DNA of 64,000 bases. It comes from Octopus sinensis (lineage: Eukaryota). The notes beneath the pieces are model-generated. The model worked only from the letters and a program-made list of their open reading frames with translations. It ran no database searches and was not told the origin of the DNA. Location: assembly GCF_006345805.1 (NCBI RefSeq), contig NC_043024.1, positions 15,562,001-15,626,000 of the forward strand, given 5' to 3'. The translations under genes and the position numbers were made by a program. Position 1 is the first letter of the stretch; each line of letters starts with the position of its first letter. Positions 10,455-22,226 of this stretch are shown here, in pieces.

Positions 10455-10630
10455 CCCAACATGTTTTTTTCTCTCTCCATTTTTTTGCCTCTAATCTCTT
10501 TCTGTCGAAGAACATAGGCCTGAAACATCAAAGTATTTTCCATTCTTCCCAAGTGTCACACTAATAAACCTGCTTCTTGTTCCCTGACATGCCTTTGTCT
10601 TCTGTACATCTGAACTACATGCATATATAT
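10455..10630 (+). mobile_element. About 180-bp repeat carrying a hammerhead-like motif with CTGTCGA core
   Basis: CTTT CTGTCGA A GAAC ATAG GCCT GAAA CATC AAAG at 10498-10533; related copies at 25346, 41503 and 42436. Confidence 0.6.
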
Positions 10631-10631
10631 T

Positions 10632-10950
10632 TGCTGGGCTTAAATCTCATTTGTAGACCCTTGAAAAGTGATCCTCCAACAACTACTATTCTGTCTATCT
10701 GTGCATGCCTTTCAATGCAATGTATGCCATAAGGTCTGCAAATCTAACAAGAGGCCTCAAAAGACATTTTAAGATCCACAAAGATCAGAATCTAACTGCA
10801 TCTCTTGGTGGTCCAAAGCAGATATGCAATTTATGTGGTGTCTTTTCAGAACATTGTCTGGTTTAAAAAGCCACATCAGATGTCATGATGATTCTAAGGT
10901 GTAGGTAAAGGAGGTGGTCAGACTCTGCATAAGGAGTAGACAGTCACCAT
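10632..10950 (+). pseudogene. Second copy of the C2H2-finger LINE-like 3' end
   Basis: AGLKSHL*T, FQCNVCHKVCKSN/RGLKRHFKIH and ICNLC/..LSGLKSHIRCH with frameshifts; same 3' sequence GAGGTGGTCAGACTCTGCATAAGGAGTAGACA. Confidence 0.7.
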
Positions 10951-11124
10951 ATACATATATATACACACACACATACACATACACTCATACCCACCATGTG
11001 TTGCTGTAGTTCTAGCAATGACCATGCTGTTTCTAATTTACATATAACAGGCCTAAGGTTACTTTATCTAATCTGTCCTTTCTGGTTGTGTAGTAGTTGT
11101 AATACTAATAGTACAAAACCAGTA

Positions 11125-11147
11125 GTAGTGGTAGTAGTAGTAGTAGC

Positions 11148-11189
<42 letters not shown>

Positions 11190-11233
11190 TGTAGTCTTGG
11201 TGGTAACAGTGGTGGTGGTGTAGTAGTAGTAGC

Positions 11234-11296
<63 letters not shown>

Positions 11297-11390
11297 TGTA
11301 GTCTTGGTGGTAACAGTGGTGGTGGTGGTAGTAGTAGTAATGATAGTAGTGGTAGTGGTAGCAGTGGTGGTGGTAGTAGCAACATCAGCA
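11125..11390. repeat. (GTA)n/(GTG)n microsatellite with an internal duplicated interruption
   Basis: GTTGTAGTCTTGGTGGTAACAGTGGTGG occurs twice within the tract. Confidence 0.9.
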
Positions 11391-11605
11391 ATAATTCTTT
11401 ATTGGCATATTGCCACATATGGTAGAAGGTTTTTGAAGAAATATGAAAATAAAAAGATAAAAAGAGACAAGAAACCAACAGAATCTATGGAAAGCAGAAA
11501 GGGTGTACACATGTGTGAGTGTGTGTGTGTGTGTGTGTGAGCATATATGTAAGGTAGAACCACACACACACACACACATAGATATATACATACATACACA
11601 AATAA

Positions 11606-11678
<73 letters not shown>

Positions 11679-12060
11679 TAGAGGCACACAGATATACACA
11701 CACATGTGCATACAAATACACACACACACACATATATACACAAATGCATATCTACAAACAAACCCACACACAGATGCATGTACACACAGCTACACACACG
11801 CATACACACAGAGTTATGTATGTGCATACACAGATACACAGACAATGTTTATGTAAATATAGTAAGCAGTAATTAAAAATAGGTCTAATATAAACGAGAT
11901 TAAGATATTTCCAGTAAATTATTCAAGGCACTGGACTTGAAGAATCAGTAGAGCATTAGACAAAATGCCCTGCAGTATATAGAAGTATCCTTTAAGTTCC
12001 GAGTTCAAATCCTGCCATGGTGAATGTTGTCTTTCGGCTTTTTAAAACTTATGAAATACT

Positions 12061-12345
12061 GTACATTACTTGTATTTGACGGATATTTGTCCTCATCTTT
12101 GTTGTTAACACAACACTTCGGCTGATATACCCTCCAGCCTTCATCAGGTGGAAATTTCGAACCTGGGTTCTCATTCCTAAGGTATTCTTCGATGTTATTA
12201 TTATTATTATTATTGTTGTTGCTCAGGTCACTGTTTGGAATCGAACTCGGAATCTTGGGGTTAGTAGCCCGCGCTGTTAACCACTATGCCATATGCCTGC
12301 GGGCAATTATGGAGTGAATTTTAGGGCTTATAAATCTAGTATACA
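12061..12345 (-). mobile_element. Element with tRNA-like head, (AAT)n and a decayed hammerhead
   Basis: Minus strand: GGCATATGGCATAGTGGTTAACAGCGCGGG...GAGTTCGATTCC, then (AAT)n, then CAC CTGATGA A GGCTG-loop-CAGCC GAAG TGTT GTG (12150-12109). Confidence 0.65.
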
Positions 12346-12402
12346 AACCCCAAGATTCTGAGTGATGATTAACTCTTTTGTAATTGATTTTGGGTTGAAA
12401 TA

Positions 12403-12969
12403 TTGGGTTGTCCAGAAAGTTCATGCCAATTCTTAAAGGAAAGAAAAAGATCAATAAATACTTGCCATTCCATTTTTAATCAACCAAATATGAACCATTT
12501 TGTTGCACAATGCGTCTCCATCTTTCCTTTAAACCTGAATATACCCTCTTCCCAGAATCAAGCTGATTTCATGACAAAGAATTCATCAAGGTATCTTTTT
12601 ATGTCATCCAAGGAATTGAAATTTTTACCATTAAAACTATTCTGCAGAGACCTGAATAAGTGGAAATCCGATGGAGCAATATCTGGTGAATATGGAGGGT
12701 GGGGTAACACATCCCAGCCAAGCTGCAGCAATTTTTGTCTGGTTCCCAAAGCATCAAGTGCCGAAAATGAACTTTCTTATTTTCCATTTTAAAGGGTTAC
12801 AGAATTAACACAGGTTATAGGAACATAAACCTTCTTCCCCGAAAAGATAGCTTAAACTGTGCTCTGAATGGAGGTGAAGTCAAATCCTATTTTATGGACT
12901 CAACCACGTTTTAAAATGAATCGAAATGTAAGCTACTATAAATCGGCATGAACTTTCCGGACAACCCAA
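12403..12969 (-). mobile_element. Internally deleted mariner (567 bp)
   Basis: TIRs TTGGGTTGTCC(A/G)GAAAGTTCATGCC with TA on both sides; N-terminal MENKKVHFRHLML joined to C-terminal TRQKLLQLGWDVLPHPPYSPDIAPSDFHLF. Confidence 0.92.
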
Positions 12970-13921
12970 TACATTGACAAGGTACAACGCAGTGGGACTG
13001 AACTCAGAACCATGTGGTTCGTAAACAAGCTACTTACCACACAGCCACTCTTACACCTATCAATCAATTACATAAAGAGGAGTCAGAACTGGAGTCAGAG
13101 GTGCCAATAGTACAGGAGTCAGAGTCAGAGTCGAAATTTTTTGCGTCAATGCCACAGCCCTGCCCAAAAGAGGTGGAGTGTCTGGGTTGGCTATGTCTGC
13201 TTCAAATATTTCAGAACTAAATTTAGATTCACTTCTTTGTCACTTCCACTCACCAGTCTAATTTATGCAGGTTTTCCCATATTTGGATTATAAACAACTA
13301 TTTTTTCTCTTTTTATACAAACTCAAAATACTTTGAAATTTCATTATTTTATAACTTTCCATGTTTCAAAATTATTTCAAAATTTTTTTTCTCATTTTAA
13401 TTTCATGAAATTATTTTCAATATTTTATTTCAATCTTTCCCATAAATGTTTACAAGTTATTTCACAAACAATTTTGGTTTCCTTTCATATTTCAATAACT
13501 TTCAATCCAAGTTATTTTGATATCTATTTAACTCGGTATTCGTTATATACATTTCAGAAACAAAAAAAAAAAAAAAAACTGATTTGATCAAAGTTATTTC
13601 ACAAAATATTTATTTCAATCTTACTAACACTTATCAGTTATTTCAATATTTTTTGTTTCTTTTTAATTTTTATATCATTTATTTTTATTTTTTTTATTCA
13701 TTTATGTATTTTTTTTGTGCACTTCTATCTTATTGAAATATGTTTAACACAAAGAAATTAATGGTGGATGGTGTTCATTGGAAAAGCTTTGGATGTTGTA
13801 ACAACATACAGGTTCTGTGGTTGCATGGAGCTGACATACAGATTTGAGAATGCATTTGGTTGGTATATGAGCTTTGTGGTTGTATGTAGTTGACATGCAG
13901 ACTCTCCAATGATACGTACTT

Positions 13922-14218
13922 AACATACACACCCTGTTATAAGAGGTCGATATATATAGTCTGTTATAAGAGGTTGATATACAGACCCTGTTATAAGAGG
14001 TCAATATACAGACCCTGTTATAAGAGGTCAATATACAGACTCTGTTAAAAGAAGGCGATATACAGACTCTCTTATAAGAGGTTGATATAGAGACTCTGTT
14101 GCATGCGCTTGATATACAGACTCTGTTGTATGTGGTTGATATACAGACTCTTTTGCATGTAGTTGACATACAGACTTTGTTGCATGTGGTTGATATACAG
14201 AATTTGTTCTATGTGGTT
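13922..14218. repeat. 27-bp minisatellite, 11 units
   Basis: Consensus GATATACAGACTCTGTT(ATAAGAGG/GCATGTGG)TT; degenerate units at 13800-13920 and 14690-14745. Confidence 0.92.
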
Positions 14219-14344
14219 GCATATTGTTGATATTTTGCTGTTGTCTTGAACTCTGGCCAACATACCAGCATGTAACTGACATACAATGTCAATAAATTTC
14301 TTGAGACAGCCATACATTGTCATGATTCTCCAAAGGCCATCTTT

Positions 14345-14680
14345 GCTAACAATATCAAAAGACTTTCGGCATCAGCCATGTCACTTGGGAGCAGATAGCT
14401 AAGGAAAGGGGCAAGTGTCAATCAGCTGCCCACAAGAGCAAGCAAAGCTGTGAAACCAATAGGATTACTACCACTGAGCAATGTAGACAAGCCAGGAAAA
14501 CCAGCACCATTAAATATCCAACTGCCACCACCATTCCTTGTTCACGCTGCTAGAGAACCTTCTGGGCATGGCTTGGCCTGACCAGTCACCATTGCATTCA
14601 CAAAGTTCAACCCCCACCATTACCATCACCACCAACTACAGGATGATTAAATGGTCTTTGACACCCTAACAAATGAAGAA
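14345..14680 (+). pseudogene. RTE-clade LINE ORF C-terminus and 3' UTR
   Basis: Translates FGISHVTWEQIAKERGKCQS...CRQARK...TIPCSRC*RTFWAWLGLTSHHCIH, the typical RTE C-terminal CxxC...H motif. Confidence 0.75.
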
Positions 14681-14934
14681 GATGTTGATAAACAGACTGT
14701 GGTACATAACTGACATACAGAATCAATGGTTGTATGTGGTTAACATACGTACATACATATATATATATATATGATGGGCTTCTTTCAGTTTCCGTCTACC
14801 AAATCCACTCAGAAGGTTTTGTGAATGGATATAGTAGAAGACACTTGCTCAAGGTGTCATGCAGTGGGACTGAACCCAGAACCATGTGGTTCAGAAGAAG
14901 TGTTGTCATATGTAATTGACAAGCTGAAGCAGAA

Positions 14935-15285
14935 CTTATTTCTTCATTTCTTTACTGCCCACAAGGGGCTAAACATAGAGGGGGCAAACAAGGACAGACA
15001 AAGGTATTAGGTTGTTCCAAAAGTTCGTAAACACTTGCGAAAATTGAATTTTTACTCGCCAAGTACTAACAAAAACAACAAAAATTATTCCTCAAAATAA
15101 AGACCATTATTTTCCAAGACTTTCTACGAACTTTTGGGACAACCTTATATTAAGTCAATTACATCAACCTCAATGCGTAACTGGTACTTAATTTATCGAC
15201 CCCGAAAGGATGAAAGGCAAAGTCAACCTTGGCGGAATTTGAACTCAGAAAGTAAAGACAGGCGAAATACCGCTAAGCATTTCGC
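14935..15285 (-). mobile_element. SINE family B interrupted by a MITE
   Basis: Family B body (CTTTGCCTTTCATCCTTTCGGGGTCGATAAATTAAGTACC on the sense strand) split at 15007-15147. Confidence 0.85.
15007..15147. mobile_element. 141-bp mariner-type MITE
   Basis: TIRs TTAGGTTGTTCCAAAAGTTCGTA / TACGAACTTTTGGGACAACCTTA; TA duplicated at 15005-15006 and 15148-15149. Confidence 0.88.
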
Positions 15286-15325
15286 ATAATATGTATCTGT
15301 TACATACGAAACATAATAACTAGAG

Positions 15326-15826
15326 TGTGAATGAAAGACAGTTGTATGAAGAGGTGCCAATCTCTAATTGTAGAAGGAACATATGGAAGGGATAGACCCA
15401 GGAAGATGTGGGACAAAGTGACGAAAAGGGATCTACATATATTGGGGCTCACAGAGGGGATGACAAAGGATCAAGACTCCTGAAGGTTTGCTGTGATTGA
15501 GAAGACATGCTAAGCTAAGGAAAAGCATGGCTTTCCTTGCATACAGGCTTGTCCCCAGCATTCTTCTCCAGGTGAGCATTCCTAATCTTGCAGGCTGATG
15601 GGTGCTGGTGCCACATAGAAAAAGCACCTGTACCGGTACCACATAAATACACCTGTGTAAAAGTGCCCAGGAGTGACTGTGTGGTAAGATGCTTACTTCT
15701 CAACCACATGGTTCTGGGTTCAGTCCCACTGCATGACACCTTGAGAAGTGTCTTCTACTATATCCATGCAAAAAACCTTGTGAGTAGATTTGGTAGATGG
15801 AAACTGAAAGAAGCCCATTATATATA

Positions 15827-15862
<36 letters not shown>

Positions 15863-16285
15863 TGTATGTATGTATGTATGTATGTATGTATGTATGTATG
15901 TGTGTATGTATCTATGTATGTGTGTATGTATGTATGTATGAGTTTGTTGTTTGTATTTGTCTCCCCACCAGCACTTGACAACCGATGCTAGTGTGTTTAT
16001 GTCCCCATCACATAGCGGTTCTGCAAAAAGAGACCGATAGAATAAGTACTAGGCTTACAACGAATAAGTCCTGGGGTCGATTTATTCAACTAAAGGTGAT
16101 GCTCCAGCATGACCACAGTCAAATGGCTGAAACAAGTAAAAGAGTACACTCAGTGAAGTTGTGAGTGTTAGGAAGGGCATCCAGCCATAGAAACCAGGCA
16201 GCAGCAGATATGGAACCTGGCAGCCCCTGTTAAACCAGTCAACCCATGACAGCATGGAAAATGGACATATGATGATGATGATGAT
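15326..16285 (+). mobile_element. 5'-truncated RTE LINE (ORF end plus family C 3' UTR) split by a SINE-A
   Basis: MKRCQSLIVEGTYGRDRPRKMWDKVTKRDLHILGLTEGMTKDQDS*RFAVIEKT; UTR resumes after 16144 with AGGAAGGGCATCC and a (GAT)n tail. Confidence 0.75.
15670..16144 (+). mobile_element. SINE family A nested in an RTE 3' UTR; internal (TATG)n
   Basis: Full head, body and tail. Confidence 0.88.
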
Positions 16286-16894
16286 AAGTAGAAATTTACA
16301 ATTTTAAACCCCTAAACAATATTAAACTAGAGAAAGGGACAATAAGGCTTCTATTAATATCAAACCAGAAGTACTGAAATTTAAATGTTAAATTTGAGAT
16401 ACAATTTAAAATCCTGGAGCTGTTTTAACGCAACAAAATCTACTGAATTAAAGAATACTTTCTTTTTTTATGAATAGAATATTAAATCAGAAGAACTAAT
16501 ATTTAAATGCTAACTTTCAGACAAAATTTGAAACCCTAGAACTGTTTCAACACAACAAAATCTACTTAATTAAAGAACAGAATTTTTTTTGAAACCAGCA
16601 TACTTCAAATTTAAATGTTAAGTTTCAGAAAGGAATTAATTGAAGTCCATTAAATGATTTCAAAATTGCATTCTTTTAATGGCATCTGAGGTTGTAGCCA
16701 TTGTACCTGCTAGAGATTTAGGTCAATTGGACGTCATCATTCATATAGTAGTTTCCAGATTGTCTGTCAGCAGTACTATTCATGAGACAGTTACCAGATA
16801 TATTTTATAATATATTATTATTAATATCAGGAAATCAATATTAGAAAATTCTTCAGAAAGATATATGTGTATGTAAAATAATTATTTATTAAAA

Positions 16895-17350
16895 ATCATC
16901 ATCATCATCATCATCGTTTAACGTCCGCTTTCCATGCTAGCATGGGTTGGACGGTTCAACTGGGGTCTGGCAAGCTCGAAGGCTGCACCAGGCCAGTCAG
17001 ATCTGGCAGTGTTTCTACAGCTGGATGCCCTTCCTAACGCCAACCACTCCGAGAGTGTAGTGGGTGATTTTATGTGCCACCGACACAGGTGCCAGACGAG
17101 GCTGGCAGACGGCCACGCTCGGATGGTGTTTTTATGTGCCATCAACACAGGTGCCAGACGAGGCTGGCGAACGGCCACGCTCGGATGGTGTTTGTTACGT
17201 GCCCTCAGCACGGAAGCCAGTCGATGCGGTACTGGCTACGGTCACGTTTGGATGGCTTTCTTATGTGCCACCGGCACTGGTACCACGAGGATACAAATTC
17301 CATTGATGTTCATCTATTTTGATTTGGTTTGATTTGATTTGATTTGATTT
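16895..17350 (-). mobile_element. RTE 3'-UTR fragment (family C) with four hairpin units
   Basis: (CAT)n tail on the plus strand; GTGCC units at 17074, 17136, 17199 and 17265. Confidence 0.85.
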
Positions 17351-17518
17351 GATAAAAATATAAATATATATAAAAAAAATGTATGTAAATATGTATAAGT
17401 ATAAATATATAATGTATATGACAGTTTAAAAGTTTTGAATCAAGTTTTTAAAGCATCTTATGATCATTTCACAGAAGTGCTGTCCCTATAATGGAATCCT
17501 ATACTGATAAGCATTTAC

Positions 17519-17939
17519 AGATGCAGGAGTGGCTGTGTGGTAAATAGCTTGCTTACCAACCACATAGTTCCGGGTTCATTCCCACTGCATGGCACCATGG
17601 GCAAGTGTCTTCTAATATAGCCTTAGACCGACCAAAGCCTTGTGAGTGGATTTGGTAGACAGACACTGGAAGAAGCCCGTTGTATATATGTATATATATA
17701 TATATATATGTCTGTGTGTGTATTTGTTTGTGTGTCTGTTTTTTCCCCCACCATTGCTTGACAACCGATGCTGGTGTGTTTACGTCCCCGTAACTTAGTG
17801 GTTCAGCAAAAGAGACTGATAGAATAAGTACTAAGCTTACAATGAATAATTCTTGGGGTAGATAGATAACTCGACTAAAAGCGGTGCTCCAGCATGGCCG
17901 CAGTCAAATGACTGATACAAGTAAAAGAGTAAAAGAGTA
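17519..17939 (+). mobile_element. SINE family A, full length
   Basis: Family match with (AGTAAAAG)n end. Confidence 0.9.
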
Positions 17940-18079
17940 ACTCTTCTGCTCTTCAGAGATATAAAATTTGAATTTTGTATAATATATCAAATGGTAGTTT
18001 ATTAAACACTTGAAGTAATTCTATAAAATGGTGTTTGTTTGAAATATAAATTAAAAATTACTGCTTCCATTATATGTAA

Positions 18080-18477
18080 TCTTTATATATAAAAGTCAAG
18101 TTGTGTGTCTGTCTCTTACGATTTAGATTCCTAACTACTCCCACATTTTGCGGTGCAGTTTAACCAAAACCGGGTATCTTATAGTCGTGATTCATATCGA
18201 GCCCTTCTGGGTATTAGCGTGCGTCTACAATGAGTATACGATTTAAAAAAAATTTACCATCATTTTTTTCCATTTTAATGCATTTTTTTCGCTATTATAT
18301 AAGGGAAGTAACTCCCTAAAAATGTCTACGATGAGTCAACGATTTTTAAAAAAATTCACCATAATTTTTTCCCCATTTTTAATGCATTTTTTTGCTATTT
18401 TTTGGCTATAACTCTCTAAAAATGCTTATATAATTATTTCCCTTACAAACCCGAGCAACGCCGGGCGATACTGCTAG
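18080..18477 (+). mobile_element. Non-autonomous Helitron
   Basis: A|TC start, hairpin CCCGAGCAACGCCGGG at 18450-18465, CTAG|T end; internal tandem duplication of about 100 bp. Confidence 0.88.
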
Positions 18478-18852
18478 TATAATATAAAAATATAAAAATT
18501 ACTGCTGCCATGATATGTTACCATTTTCTCAATAGAATGATGGCCTTCAGGTGAGTTTGAAAAAGATTGATAACCACACATTTCTATCCACTGACTTCAA
18601 CAGGCAGTGGGATTCTTTGAGACACTCGTTTCCAAAGCAAGGTTTCAAAAATATTCATCTCACCACCAGGTTTTATAGGTGAAGTCACTGTAAATATTAT
18701 GTGCTTTAATGCACTAAGAACTTTTTACCTGTACATGCTCACCTGTAATTAGGGTGCAATTAATATGTCTGCCTGTACGTCTTTTATGCCGTCAAACAAT
18801 ACGGTATATATACATACATTATATATACCATATGAATTTGGAGATGGAAGGC

Positions 18853-18913
<61 letters not shown>

Positions 18914-18957
18914 GTATGTACACACACTATATAAATTTAGAGATGGAAGGCCTTTAC

Positions 18958-19092
18958 CTTCTCAGAGTTGTTGGCATTAGGAAGGGTATCCAGCCATAGA
19001 AAACTGAAGTCTGGTGCAGCCTTCCAGGCTGCCAGCCCTGGTCAAACCATCCAACCCATGCCAGCATGGACAACGGAAGATAAATGATGATG

Positions 19093-19095
<3 letters not shown>
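18958..19095 (+). mobile_element. Short family C tail
   Basis: AGGAAGGGTATCCAGCC...CCAACCCATGCCAGCATGG(GAT)n. Confidence 0.7.
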
Positions 19096-19131
<36 letters not shown>

Positions 19132-19317
19132 TATATAAATTTGGAGATGGCAGGCTTTATATATATATATATATATAATATAGAAATATTAAAATTACTA
19201 AGTCTCTCTAAAAGAGATTACGGCAGTGTTACTGGAAATTATGTATTACTCTTGGCCATGCTGGAGCACTGCCTTTAGCAAAGCAAATCAACACCAGGAC
19301 TTATTCTTTGTAAGCCT

Positions 19318-19420
<103 letters not shown>

Positions 19421-19702
19421 CACACAATATGCACATATACACACACACATATATATATATATACATATACACACAGGAATTTCTTCTCCCACCCCTGCCT
19501 CCACACTCACAGCATCTCTCTCTCAACACTACAATGCACACACATACCCGCCTTTGAACCCATTCCTTCTCCTATATCCTGATATCCTACAATTCCATAT
19601 GTAATGTACAAATTTGCCCCCTTTTATACAACCACCATAAACCCTACCAACCAAACTCATGTTTATCTTCGTAGTCTTCCCGTATCATTCTTGTATTTGT
19701 TT

Positions 19703-20108
19703 ACTCTTTACTCTTTTACTTGTTTCAGTCATTTGACTGCGGCCATGCTGGAGCACCACCTTTAGTCGAGCAAATCAACCCCAGGACTTATTCTTTGTAA
19801 GCCCAGTACTTATTCTATCGGTCTCTTTTGCCGAACCACTAAGTGACGGGGACATAAACACACCAGCATCGGTTGTCAAGCAATGCTAGGGGGACAAACA
19901 CAGACACACAAAGATACACACACACATATATATATACATATATACGATGGGCTTCTTTCAGTTTCCGCCTACCAAATCCACTCACAAGGCTTTGGTTGGC
20001 CCGAGGTTATAGCAGAAGACACTTGCCCAAGATGTCACGCAGTGGGACTGAACCCGGAACCATGTGGTTGGTAAGCAAGCTACTTACCACACAGCCACTC
20101 CTGCGCCT
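19703..20108 (-). mobile_element. SINE family A, full length
   Basis: Family match. Confidence 0.9.
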
Positions 20109-20554
20109 ATTTCTTGAATTTCTGTTTTACATAGTCTTTTATATGCTTTTAATCTCATCCTTATTACTGGCTCACCTGTCTCATTATTATTCTAATCACC
20201 TGTCTCATTAATATTCTAATCTAAATTACTTTATTGCTGTCTTCTTACGCAGCAGCATTTTCTCTCTCCTTCTCACCTTTCTCTATTAAACCCCAAGGCA
20301 GCTTAATCATATTGGTGTTTGGCAGCAAGCAGGCAGAAGGGTTTGCATGTCAGACAAAATGCTTAGTATGGCATGCATTTGGTCCATCTTTACATTCCGA
20401 GTCCAAATTCCTCCAAAGTTGGTTTCCTATTTCATCCATTTGGAGTCGAAGAATCTACCAGCTGACTACTGGGGTCAATGTAACCAACCAGCCCTCTCCC
20501 ACATAATTTTAAACTTTGCCTATGGGAGAAAAAATCGTTATTATTATTATTATT

Positions 20555-20638
20555 GAGTGAGAGAGCAGCACTTGCTATCAAAGTGATGCTGGGGTAGAGA
20601 AGCCATGAGAGCCAGTGCCTGCTATTTTATCAGAGTAT
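20555..20638 (-). mobile_element. Internally deleted derivative of element G within (ATT)n
   Basis: Both termini of G (see 62470-63023) are joined at 20596/20597. Confidence 0.65.
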
Positions 20639-20810
20639 TTATCATTATTATTATTATTACTATTACCATTATAATTTTTATTATTAACATTACTATTACC
20701 ATTATTATTATTATTATTATTATAATTTATATTATTAACATTATTATTATTACTACTACCATTATTATTATTACCATTATTATTTTTATTATTATCATTA
20801 TTATTACTTG

Positions 20811-20963
20811 CGGAGTGGTTGGCGTTAGGAAAGGCATCCAGCTGTAGAAACTCTGCCAGATCAGAGTGGAGCCTGGTGCAGCCCCTGGCTTCCCAGACCC
20901 CGGTCGAACCGTCCAACCCATGCTAGCGCGGAAAACGGATGTTAAACGATGATGATGATGATG
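20811..20963 (+). mobile_element. Family C tail
   Basis: Motif match with (GAT)n end. Confidence 0.8.
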
Positions 20964-21022
20964 ATTATTACTATTACTACTACTACTACCATTACTATTA
21001 TTATTATTACTACTACTACTAC

Positions 21023-21061
<39 letters not shown>

Positions 21062-21269
21062 TATTATTATTATTACCATTATTATTTTTATTATTATTAT
21101 TACCATTATTATTATTATTATTACTACTACTACTACTACTACTATTACCATTATTATTATTATTATTATTACTACTACTGTTACCATTATTATTATTATT
21201 ACTACTACTACTATTACCATTATTATTATTATTACTACTACTATTACCATTATTATTATTATTATTGTT

Positions 21270-21570
21270 GTTGTAGTTTGTTCCTTCTCGAGCCACGCCT
21301 GGCTCATAGGTTTCCCAGTTTCCTTGGTGTATAGGCTCCCCACCTGGACGGGTTGCCTGTCTGTCACAGGTGAGCTGCAAGATGCAGGAGGAAAGAGTGA
21401 GAGAAAGTTGTGGCAAACGAGTCAGCAGAAGTTCGCCATTACTTTCTGCCAGAGCCACGTGGAGCTTAGGTGTTTCGCTCATAAACACACAGATCGCCCG
21501 ATCTGAGATTCGAACCCGTGATCCCTCGACCACGAGCTTGCTGCTCTAACCACTAGGCCACACGCCTTCA
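21270..21570 (-). mobile_element. SINE family F with tail T2
   Basis: tRNA-like head TGGCCTAGTGG...GGTTCGAATCTC, central CAACTTTCTCTCACTC, tail ending GGCTCGAGAAGGAAC. Confidence 0.75.
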
Positions 21571-21815
21571 CATTATTATTATTTATTATTATTATTTATT
21601 ATTATTATAATTATTAATTATTATTTATTATTATTATTATTTATTATTATTTATTTATTATTATTATTATTATTAATTATTATTTATTATTATTTATTAT
21701 TATTATCATTTATTAATTATTATTATTAATTATTATTATTTATTATTATTGTTATTATCATTTATTAATTATTATTATTAATTATTAATTATTATTATTA
21801 TTATCATTATTATTA

Positions 21816-21856
<41 letters not shown>

Positions 21857-21859
<3 letters not shown>

Positions 21860-21985
21860 GGCAACAAGCTGGCAGAATTACTACAATGCTGGGCAAAATG
21901 ATTAGTGACATTTCCTCTGCCTTTACATTCTGAGTTCAAATTCCACCAAGGTTGGCTTTGCCTTTTACCCTTTTGGAGTCCATGT
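21857..21985 (+). mobile_element. Decayed SINE-B starting directly after (ATT)n
   Basis: TTAAGGCAACAAGCTGGCAG...GAGTTCAAATTCC. Confidence 0.65.
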
Positions 21986-22226
21986 AATCATGTTACTCTC
22001 TGCCCCCACCAAAAAAATAAATTGCTGCTCTTGTGCCAAAATTTGAAACCATTATTATTATTATTATTATTGTTATTATTATTATTGTTATTATTGTTAT
22101 TATTATTATTGTTATTATTATTATTATTGTTATTGTTATTATTATTATTGTTATTATTATTATTATTGTTATTGTTATTATTATTATTGTTATTATTATT
22201 ATTGTTATTATTATTATTATTATTAT

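Noticed and set aside
10632-10950. Host C2H2 zinc-finger gene exon
   Set aside because: Two dispersed copies in opposite orientation with independent frameshifts, no TGEKP linkers and microsatellite tails; better explained as a retroelement end.
13072-13170. GGAGTCAGA repeats ending in CACAGCCCTG as a DNA transposon end
   Set aside because: Only one end is visible and there is no TSD, so the call cannot be supported.
17060-17290. Palindromic repeats with variable spacers as a CRISPR array
   Set aside because: The spacers are homologous to each other, there are no cas genes, the context is eukaryotic, and the units belong to a LINE 3' UTR.
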